A stretch of 50,624 bases of DNA from an uncultured Spartobacteria bacterium. GTDB lineage: Bacteria; Verrucomicrobiota; Verrucomicrobiia; Chthoniobacterales; UBA6821. Positions 8,823 to 20,016 of the stretch are shown in pieces. The position numbers were made by a program, and so were the translations under genes. The notes beneath the pieces are model-generated. The model was not told the DNA's origin and did no database searches. It was given only the letters and a program-made list of their open reading frames with translations. The stretch lies in the NCBI GenBank assembly GCA_903847935.1, contig CAINEX010000019.1:1-50624 (forward strand). Reading direction: 5' to 3'. How positions within the stretch are numbered: position 1 is the stretch's first letter; the number at the start of each line of letters is the position of its first letter.

Positions 8823-9817
8823 TTGCACTTACCAACAGAATAGCCCATGTGGGAATGGATGCCATCATGTGCGCCATGATGAACGGTTGCCAATGGCAAC
8901 TGCGCCATGACACAGTGAGTCTGGAAAAACTCCACTCTTACCTAAGGGAATGCGAACGTCAGGATCACAGGAGTTTTTATGCAACACCAGAAGAGAATCA
9001 AACATTAATACCTCCGGCATGGAGAAGGGATGGAAACCTTCTTTCCTGGAACTCTCCTATGGAAAGCCCTCACTCGGAGAATAATACGGCACGAGCGCGT
9101 CTCTACGAGATCAACAAACCATCAGGGGCGCCGACACTCATTCTCCTTCACTCTTTGATGTCGGCCAATGACTTTGGGTATCGCCGGATTGCAGAGCGTT
9201 TTAACAAGAAGGGGTGGAATGTCGTCTTTCCGCATCTTCCCTACCACTATACCCGGCGAGCAAAAGGGTACTGGAATGGTGCACTTACCATCACTTCCGA
9301 TCTGATAAGAAACGCAGAGAATCTGAGGCAATCGGTCATCGAGCTGAGGCAAATCATGGCTTGGGCCCGTCAACGAGGATCCACTCGCATTGCCCTCCTG
9401 GCTACAAGCTATGGGGCATGGGTCGCCTCCCTTAGCCTCTCGCTTGAAGTCACCGACTTCACGATCCTCTTACAACCAGTGGCCGATGTGCGGCACGCTA
9501 CATTCAAGAGCCCTGCAAGCTCCATGATGTCCGCTTTACTTCTTAGAAACAAAATTTACCCAGATCTCATCGCTCGTCACGCCCACCTCAGTTCCCCTAC
9601 TCAAGTCACCCCTTTGACCGCCCCCCGTCGCATCACGATAATCGGAGGTAGATATGACCGTTTATCTCCTTCAGAGTCACTTAAGTCGCTTTGCGAAATT
9701 TGGGGTGGAGCACATTATCGGGAAGTACCTCAAGGGCACTTTGGCTATTGCGCCATGAGGTGCGCTTTGGAAGAATCCGACTACTATTTATCGCATCCTC
9801 CAACATATCAGAACTGA
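8819..9817 (+). CDS. Alpha/beta hydrolase
   Basis: Nucleophile elbow ATSYG, acid (YDRL) and His (QGHF) in canonical order; overlaps the acyltransferase stop. Confidence 0.8.
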   Translation: MIALTNRIAHVGMDAIMCAMMNGCQWQLRHDTVSLEKLHSYLRECERQDHRSFYATPEENQTLIPPAWRRDGNLLSWNSPMESPHSENNTARARLYEINKPSGAPTLILLHSLMSANDFGYRRIAERFNKKGWNVVFPHLPYHYTRRAKGYWNGALTITSDLIRNAENLRQSVIELRQIMAWARQRGSTRIALLATSYGAWVASLSLSLEVTDFTILLQPVADVRHATFKSPASSMMSALLLRNKIYPDLIARHAHLSSPTQVTPLTAPRRITIIGGRYDRLSPSESLKSLCEIWGGAHYREVPQGHFGYCAMRCALEESDYYLSHPPTYQN

Positions 9818-9853
9818 CAATATGTCCGTTTTATAACTAATCACATCCCATCC

Positions 9854-10504
9854 ATGAATATTCTTGTCACCTTGGGCCCCACCCAAGAACCTCTGGACGC
9901 CATGCGGATCATCAGTAACCGCTCGACGGGAGAACTGGGAACAAAATTAGCACTAAAACTGATTGAATGCGGACATCATGTGATCACTCTAAGAGGTGCC
10001 GGCTCAACTTTCCCGATCACCCCCTTACTTGAAAAGGGTGGGCGTGTTATCCCCTTCACAACAACGGAAAATCTCAGGGTGCAGCTTACAAAGCTTGCGC
10101 AGGAAGAATCCATTGATGCCGTTTTTCATGCAGCTGCCATCAGCGACTTTTATTTGCCGGGTGGAGGCAGTGGAAAAATCCCAACGAGCAACGGATCCCT
10201 CCACCTAACCCTTGAGACAACTCCAAAACTTCTTCCCCTGATGTCAGGTTGGTTTCCCAGAGCCAAGGTCACGGGGTGGAAATTCGAATCTTCCGACATT
10301 CTTGATGGTAAAAACACCCTCCCGTCAATTGAGAAAGCGCTGAACGCGGGCGCCTCTCAAATCTCCAAATGTGGGATCCATGCGTGCGTGGTGAATGGCC
10401 CTTCTTATGGATCGGGCTTCGGCGTTCTTGGAAAATCAGGAACTCTCACCCATCTTGATGACCGTGATGCTCTTTGTGATTTTTTGGTGAAAAATCTTGA
10501 GTAA
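9854..10504 (+). CDS. Stand-alone phosphopantothenate-cysteine ligase (CoaB-like domain)
   Basis: ILVTLGPTQEPLDAMRIISNRSTG.LG, HAAAISDF, PKLL and GWKFE motifs of the CoaB half of Dfp. Confidence 0.85.
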   Translation: MNILVTLGPTQEPLDAMRIISNRSTGELGTKLALKLIECGHHVITLRGAGSTFPITPLLEKGGRVIPFTTTENLRVQLTKLAQEESIDAVFHAAAISDFYLPGGGSGKIPTSNGSLHLTLETTPKLLPLMSGWFPRAKVTGWKFESSDILDGKNTLPSIEKALNAGASQISKCGIHACVVNGPSYGSGFGVLGKSGTLTHLDDRDALCDFLVKNLE

Positions 10505-10589
10505 TAATCGACCTCAAGGGAGCCGCCGGTAAATCATCTCCATTCAACGCTTCCCTAGATCGAAAGCGACGATTAGTCTCCCAGCTCCA

Positions 10590-14181
<3,592 letters not shown>

Positions 14182-14223
14182 TTATAGGAATCGAGCCTTC
14201 ACGCTTCTCTATTCAGATCTTTA

Positions 14224-15367
14224 ATGTCCGACTCTAGCGATCTCTCTACTTTGGATGCCTCTGCCCTCGCCGACCGTCTCGGTGCGCTGCGGAGGTTTCT
14301 TTGACTCCCCCGCACTGGCACATGAACTCTCGGCCATAGAAGGCCGTATGACTGAGCCCGGGTTCTGGGACAGCAGGGAATCCGCTCAGAAAGATATGGA
14401 GCGGGTCTCTCAAATTAAGGCCAAGCTTGGCCCCCTCTCCCAGATGGAACAACGGGCCGATGACCTTGTGATCCTGAAGGAAATGGCCATGGAGGAATCG
14501 GATGGCGCCGCCAAACTCAAGGCCGTTGAAGAGGTCTGGGGCGAGTATCACTCCATTGCCGCCGAGTTGGAAAAATTCGAACTGCGCCAGCTTCTCTCAA
14601 ACGAATTCGATAAAAACGATGCCTTTATCACCATCAATGCAGGCGCCGGAGGGACCGAGTCCTGTGACTGGGCCGACATGCTCATGCGAATGTACAAGCG
14701 CTGGATCGAGCGTAACGGTTTCACGGCAAGCGTCATTGATATTCAGGAGGGGGAGGAAGCAGGCATTAAGTCGGTGACCTTGGCAGTGAAGGGGGACTAT
14801 GCCTTCGGATATCTCCAGACAGAGCGCGGAGTTCATCGCCTGGTGCGCATCTCGCCATTCGATTCCGCCAAAAGACGTCACACCTCGTTTGCAAGCCTTG
14901 ATGTGAATCCAGATATCGAGGATGCACCGATCGAAATCGAGGAAAAGGACATCAGGGTGGATACCTACCGCTCAGGCGGAAAGGGCGGCCAAAATGTCAA
15001 TAAAGTCGAGACGGCCGTGCGAATGACCCACGTTCCAACCGGTATCGTCGTGGCCTGCCAGGCCGAACGCAGCCAACTCAAGAACAGGGTCATGGCCCTG
15101 CGCATGCTCAAGGTGAAGATCTACCAACTTGAGGCTGACAGGAAGCGTGCAGAACTCGATCGTCAGTATAGCGAGAAGGGCGAAATCGCCTGGGGTAGCC
15201 AGATCCGATCCTACGTTTTTCAGCCTTACCAGATGGTGAAGGATCACCGGACCGGTGTTCAGACCGGAAATGTCCAAGGGGTGATGGATGGTGAATTGAA
15301 CGCCTTCATTGAGGCGAAGTTGCGCGGCGTCACCAAGGGAATGACTGATTCCGACGACGACCTCTAA
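14224..15367 (+). CDS. prfB: Peptide chain release factor 2, translated through a +1 programmed frameshift
   Basis: 26-codon frame from ATG 14224 ends CTT TGA C; +1 frame continues with SPF and GGQ motifs. Confidence 0.95.
14291..14305 (+). other. prfB +1 ribosomal frameshift signal
   Basis: GGAGG TTT CTT TGA C: internal SD-like element followed by the canonical shift site. Confidence 0.93.
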
Positions 15368-15382
15368 ACTTCAAGTCAAGTT

Positions 15383-15847
15383 ATGAAGGCCTATCCCTTG
15401 ATTTCGTTGGGATTTGTCTCTGTGGTCTTTTTTTCGGCGTTTTGGTCCATCCACCATCTAGCCATCAACTCGCATGCGTTGCAGACACAGTTATCTGCAG
15501 TTCAATCCTTGGCGACAGCCCCCTCCCCCACTCCGTTGAATCGCACCGCCTTAAGAGCAACACTTCTCCTTCACGCCTTCCCCATGCCAAACCGGTGCCA
15601 AGTCATCCAAAATGGACGGATCATCCTTACTGAAAAAAATCTGATTGCACCGGGCGAATACCGTGCTCCTGTGGAACTCATCAAGGGGATGAATCTTGTG
15701 ATCCGAGCGACCTGGGGAAACGAGGAACCCCACGCTATCCGCGCCGAGGTATTGATACACGGCTACCAACAAACCTTGGAAAAGAGCTTCTGGGCGCAGG
15801 AGACACTGGAAGACACGATCTCCATTCCCTCATCTTTTTTACCGTGA
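15383..15847 (+). CDS. Hypothetical protein with N-terminal membrane anchor
   Basis: 154-aa ATG ORF filling the prfB-murI gap; hydrophobic N-terminus. Confidence 0.65.
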   Translation: MKAYPLISLGFVSVVFFSAFWSIHHLAINSHALQTQLSAVQSLATAPSPTPLNRTALRATLLLHAFPMPNRCQVIQNGRIILTEKNLIAPGEYRAPVELIKGMNLVIRATWGNEEPHAIRAEVLIHGYQQTLEKSFWAQETLEDTISIPSSFLP

Positions 15848-15927
15848 AAATCATGGAACGCTCAAAAAACGGATTGGGTTAATCCTCCTTGCGCAAACCA
15901 GCAACAATTTGAAAATTACATGAAGTC

Positions 15928-16794
15928 ATGATCAACATTGGCATGCCATCGCAATCCAACACCCCTTCCCATGATGTTGCAGATGCTCCCATCGGGGTTT
16001 TTGATTCCGGTATCGGGGGATTGACCGTGGTCGAGGCATTACGCCGTGTACTCCCTCTTGAGAGGATCCTCTACATTGGGGATACCGCTAGAGTTCCTTA
16101 TGGTGGAAAGAGTGCCGAGACCGTGATCCGCTATAGCCGTGAGATTTCGGAGCATCTCATCGGAGAAGGTGCCAAGTTGATTGTGGTGGCCTGCAACACG
16201 GCATCAGCTCTCGCTGTTTCCATCCTGGCACCCATGATTGATGTTCCCCTCATCGGCGTTCTGGAACCTGGAGCAAGCGCCGCGGTCAAGGCCACGAAAA
16301 ACAAGCGGATCGGCGTGATCGGCACGAAGGCTACCATTGGAAGCTTCGCCTACGAGAAGGCTATCCGCACCTTGGACAGCGAGATCACAGTCTCATCGGC
16401 TGCCTGCCCCCTGCTTGTGCCGCTGATCGAGGAGGGACTCTATGAGGATGATGTCACGAGCGTCATCCTCCGACGCTACTTGGAGCCGATGCTAGCCAAC
16501 GGAATCGATACCCTAGTCTTGGGATGCACTCATTATCCGCTTCTCAAGCGAACTATTCAGCTGATTTGCGGTCCCGAGGTGACACTCGTCGACTCAGCTG
16601 AAAACTGTGCGCTGGCAGTCCGGGAACTTCTTGCCTCACAAACTCACCATCGAGACATCCCTCGATCCATCCATCTCGATACACCCCGTCTGGACATCGT
16701 CTTAACGGATTCCTCGGAGGGCTTTCTACGGGTCGCCGAGAAGTCGCTTGATCTCACAATCGACTCACTGTCATTCCGCCAGATTGGTAAATAG
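15928..16794 (+). CDS. murI: Glutamate racemase
   Basis: FDSGIGG, ACNTA and LGCTHYP catalytic Cys motifs. Confidence 0.96.
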   Translation: MINIGMPSQSNTPSHDVADAPIGVFDSGIGGLTVVEALRRVLPLERILYIGDTARVPYGGKSAETVIRYSREISEHLIGEGAKLIVVACNTASALAVSILAPMIDVPLIGVLEPGASAAVKATKNKRIGVIGTKATIGSFAYEKAIRTLDSEITVSSAACPLLVPLIEEGLYEDDVTSVILRRYLEPMLANGIDTLVLGCTHYPLLKRTIQLICGPEVTLVDSAENCALAVRELLASQTHHRDIPRSIHLDTPRLDIVLTDSSEGFLRVAEKSLDLTIDSLSFRQIGK

Positions 16795-16901
16795 TATTAC
16801 ATGATACAAAAGTGACGTCATGATTTAGAAAAACCATTGTCTTAAGAAAACTGATTTTCTGGTTGCCGATAAAAAACAGCCCCCCCCCGCTCCCTCTTAC
16901 A

Positions 16902-18035
16902 TCAAGGAGCAACGCTCTCCACATAGACAAACTTACCGTTCTTCACCTGGAGCATGACGGCCGGTTTGTTGGGATTGCGATGATCGTCGAGCGTGATTTT
17001 GCCCGTGATTCCCGGGAAGTCCTTAGTGCTAGCAATAGTCTTATTGACCTTTGAGGGATCAGTTGTCCCAGCACGCTTCATGGCATCCGCTAGCAAGCGA
17101 AGGGCATCGTATCCCAGAGCAACCATGGCGTCGGGATCCTGATTGTATTTCTTACGATACCCCTCCACAAAGGCAACTATTTCGGGATCCGTGCTCTGGC
17201 TGGAGAAGTGATTGGAAAAATAGCATCCCTCGACCGCTGTCCCGCCAACGCTCACCAACTCGGGTGAGTCCCAACCATCCCCTCCAATGAAAGGAACAGC
17301 AATCCCCTGCTGTCTTGCTTGTCTGATGATAAGTGGCGCCTCGGTGTAGTAAGCTGGTAGGAAAATCACATCGGGATTGCCCGCCTTGATCGCTGTCAAC
17401 TGGGCACTGAAATCCTTGTCGCCTCCGCTGTAGCTCTGCTCTCCGGTGATCACGCCTCCCTCCTTGAGGAATTCGGCTTTGAAACTCTTGGCTAACCCCA
17501 GGCTGTAGTCCTTGGAAACATCTGTCAGCATGGCGGCCTTGTTGGCACCAAGCTTGCGCGCAAACTTCGCACAGACCGTTCCCTGGAACGGATCGATAAA
17601 GCAGACCCTGAAAATGTGATCGCCTGCCTCGGTAACCTTCTCATTCGTGGAAGCGGGTGTAATCATCGGGATACCACTGCGCTGTGCGATGGGGGCCGCC
17701 TCAAGTGATCTGCCAGATGCCACTTCGCCAATCAGCGCAACGACCTTGTCGCGTGAAATCAACTCTCTCACAACCGTGGAAGTCTCTCCGGGCTTGGATT
17801 GGTTATCCTTGGTAATGAGTCGGATCGGTTTTCCGAGCACACCTCCCGAGGAGTTGATCTCCTCAAGAGCCATCTGCACTCCGCGATCCGTACTCTGTCC
17901 GAAAGTTGCCTGAGCCCCAGTCAGGGAGGCAAATTGCCCCACTGGGATTCCCGTTACCTTTTTCTTGGAACAGGAAAGCATCAAGAACGAAAGTGTGATC
18001 AGCAGAAAAATGGGGATGACTATTCTTGTATTCAT
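16902..18035 (-). CDS. Branched-chain amino acid ABC transporter substrate-binding lipoprotein (LivK/LivJ family)
   Basis: Lipobox LMLSC; FRVCFIDPFQG, DFSAQLT, GGDGWD motifs. Confidence 0.9.
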   Translation of the reverse strand: MNTRIVIPIFLLITLSFLMLSCSKKKVTGIPVGQFASLTGAQATFGQSTDRGVQMALEEINSSGGVLGKPIRLITKDNQSKPGETSTVVRELISRDKVVALIGEVASGRSLEAAPIAQRSGIPMITPASTNEKVTEAGDHIFRVCFIDPFQGTVCAKFARKLGANKAAMLTDVSKDYSLGLAKSFKAEFLKEGGVITGEQSYSGGDKDFSAQLTAIKAGNPDVIFLPAYYTEAPLIIRQARQQGIAVPFIGGDGWDSPELVSVGGTAVEGCYFSNHFSSQSTDPEIVAFVEGYRKKYNQDPDAMVALGYDALRLLADAMKRAGTTDPSKVNKTIASTKDFPGITGKITLDDHRNPNKPAVMLQVKNGKFVYVESVAP

Positions 18036-18082
18036 GTCTGACAATCTAAAAACCGAACTCTTCCATGCCAAGGGCATAAGAT

Positions 18083-18496
18083 CTAAAACAACTCCCTAGC
18101 CGAAGACCAATCCTCGACTTCAGGAGGGGTTGCTCCAAAAAGCGGTAGAGCAAGGAGCGGCATCCGAGGGTGATGGAAATGCTTGGTCTCTTCGTTGGTG
18201 GCGGATCTCGTCACAATCTTGATGCGATGATCGGACGACTGAAGATCAAGGACCCCCCGAATGACATGATTTTCAGGAACAATGTCCCAAATAAGACGGC
18301 GTGTCTGATCTGATCTTTCGGCAAACGAATCGGCATGGATATCAAGGATGATCCCTCCGCGCTTGAGCCACCAATCCAGAATTTCATGACGGGCAAAGCC
18401 GGCCCAGACGTGATTAACATCACCTTGTTGAGAGCGGGCAGTGATTTTACCCCCTGGCTTGAAAATCTTATTTTGGAACTTAAAAACGGCACACAT
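18083..18496 (-). CDS. Minimal SRAP (YedK/HMCES)-like protein
   Basis: Met-Cys start, FARHE, ADSFAE, IVT..A and HPRMP segments in SRAP order; recognised by eye only. Confidence 0.6.
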   Translation of the reverse strand: MCAVFKFQNKIFKPGGKITARSQQGDVNHVWAGFARHEILDWWLKRGGIILDIHADSFAERSDQTRRLIWDIVPENHVIRGVLDLQSSDHRIKIVTRSATNEETKHFHHPRMPLLALPLFGATPPEVEDWSSARELF

Positions 18497-18611
18497 CCCA
18501 AGAATTCCTTAGAGCCGTAAAATAGAGCATGTTCCCATCAATCGCCACTTTCTTAAGATGAAAATGGTGACGGCAAAGGGAGTATTCTCCCAAATACGTT
18601 GCTCGGGAATT

Positions 18612-18703
18612 TGGCGGAAGGGGAGGGATTCGAACCCTCGGTGGGAATAACCCCACGTTCGATTTCGAGTCGAGTGCCTTAAACCGGACTCAGCCACCCT
18701 TCC
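18612..18703 (-). tRNA. tRNA-Ser(CGA)
   Basis: Minus strand GGAAGGGTGGCTGAG...CT-CGA-AA...long variable arm...GGTTCGAATCC...CCTTCCGCCA; encoded CCA. Confidence 0.96.
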
Positions 18704-18720
18704 TAAAAACTGGGAAATGA

Positions 18721-18748
18721 ACCATACCTGCTCGAAACTTGAGGTCAA
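18721..18748 (-). promoter_or_regulatory. Candidate sigma70 promoter of tRNA-Ser
   Basis: TTGACC-N16-TATGGT on the minus strand, ending 17 nt before the tRNA 5' end. Confidence 0.55.
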
Positions 18749-18811
18749 GTTTCCTTAACCATAAGGAAAACTCTCTCTCTTGAAAAGTGGCTGTTCCCTG
18801 ATTGGTAAAAA

Positions 18812-19192
18812 TCACCGGGACCACTCCAGAGCTCCCTTCTTGATGGCATAAATGTAGCCAACCAAAAGGATTGCCGTGAAGGTGACCAACGTCCAAAGAA
18901 TGCCAATGCCGTACTGCAATAGATACTCACGATAAACAACGGCCCAAGGATAAAGGAAAACGATCTCAATATCAAAAAGGATGAAGAGCATCGCCACCAA
19001 GTAGAACTTCACGCTGAATCGAGGCTGTGCTCCAGCCTCGGGAAGCATCCCGCACTCATAGGCAACATCCTTGGCTCCCGTGCGTCTTCCGATACGGCCT
19101 AACAACAAGCTTCCAATCCACGTCGTGAGGGCAAATCCTACCGCCGAAACGATGTGGATCAGCAATGAAATGTAATTACCATCAGGCTCCAT
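18812..19192 (-). CDS. nuoA: NADH-quinone oxidoreductase subunit A
   Basis: YECG and FYLVAMLFILFDIEIVFLYPWA, GALEW motifs; start placed at ATG 19192. Confidence 0.93.
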   Translation of the reverse strand: MEPDGNYISLLIHIVSAVGFALTTWIGSLLLGRIGRRTGAKDVAYECGMLPEAGAQPRFSVKFYLVAMLFILFDIEIVFLYPWAVVYREYLLQYGIGILWTLVTFTAILLVGYIYAIKKGALEWSR

Positions 19193-19247
19193 AAATATAC
19201 ACACCAACTAGTAGTCGAATGATTGAAGAAAAACGACGAATTTTGAA

Positions 19248-19802
19248 TTAGCGCGATTTCTTCTTAGAAGCAGTCTTCAGACCATTTTTTGCGACGACTT
19301 TAGCTGCAACCTTTGCCACTTTTTTGGGGGCTGGTTTTGCTTTAGTTGCTTTAGTAACGGCTTTTACTGACTTTTTCTTCGTGACAGTAGAGGCGGTGGG
19401 TTTAGTTGCCTTTGAAACGACGCTCTTTGTTGGCGCTTTCTTTGCGCTGGATTTATCAGTCTTGGAAGCATCTGGATTAACACCTGCAGGAGCGGGTTCA
19501 ACCGTGACAAGAGCATTTTCAATGGTGGATTTTGCCTTGAATTTCGCTTGTCCGGGGATTTTACCCCCCAATTTCTCAACCATGTTCTGATCTACAAGGT
19601 TTTTGAGTTTTTCGTACCCGCGGAGGCGGAGCATCTCCTCACCGCCGCTGGCAGCGTTCCTTTTCTTTAACCTCGCGTGCATCAACTCAAAGATCACACC
19701 CCAAGCAAGAGGTGGCTTCTTTCGATTTTCAATCAGGACTGTTACAATCTCCTCGGTGACTAAATCGGGGAGCCTGCGGGAAAAAGCACTTTTACGTTGC
19801 AT
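19248..19802 (-). CDS. Basic protein with globular N-domain and Lys/Ala-rich histone-H1-like tail
   Basis: C-terminal ~70 aa dominated by K/A/T/V/S/P (KAVTKATKAKPAPKKVAKVAAKVVAK); N-terminal helical domain. Confidence 0.75.
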   Translation of the reverse strand: MQRKSAFSRRLPDLVTEEIVTVLIENRKKPPLAWGVIFELMHARLKKRNAASGGEEMLRLRGYEKLKNLVDQNMVEKLGGKIPGQAKFKAKSTIENALVTVEPAPAGVNPDASKTDKSSAKKAPTKSVVSKATKPTASTVTKKKSVKAVTKATKAKPAPKKVAKVAAKVVAKNGLKTASKKKSR

Positions 19803-19997
19803 AAAAATCAATACTGAAATCTATCACTATTGCATCAAAGTTGTCACTAAAAAAAACCATTCCTTTTCGCCTAGGCAATCCGTACCGATTTCAAGGGAAA
19901 ATGTTATTTTATAAAAAATCCAACGTCTCATGACAGTAAGACCGCATTGACTTCGTTTTTTTAGATACTTATTTTTACAAATCTTCGGCATCCGTAT

Positions 19998-20011
19998 ACT
20001 TACCGGTAAGT
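19998..20011. promoter_or_regulatory. Perfect 14-bp palindrome, candidate operator
   Basis: ACTTACCGGTAAGT, 5 nt upstream of ATG 20017 and overlapping a TATACT -10-like hexamer. Confidence 0.5.
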
Positions 20012-20016
20012 CATTC

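Noticed and set aside
14255-14302. ORF-track N-terminus of RF2 (MPLPSPTV...)
   Set aside because: Artefact of the programmed frameshift; the real start is ATG 14224
16880-16888. Run of 9 C as a phase-variation tract
   Set aside because: Lies between two convergent stop codons, so it cannot shift a frame or plausibly alter a promoter
18497-18611. Genomic island or att site at the tRNA-Ser 3' end, and a LexA box (GAGCATGTTC) upstream of the SRAP-like gene
   Set aside because: No integrase and no duplicated tRNA 3' end seen; the half-site spacing fits neither LexA motif
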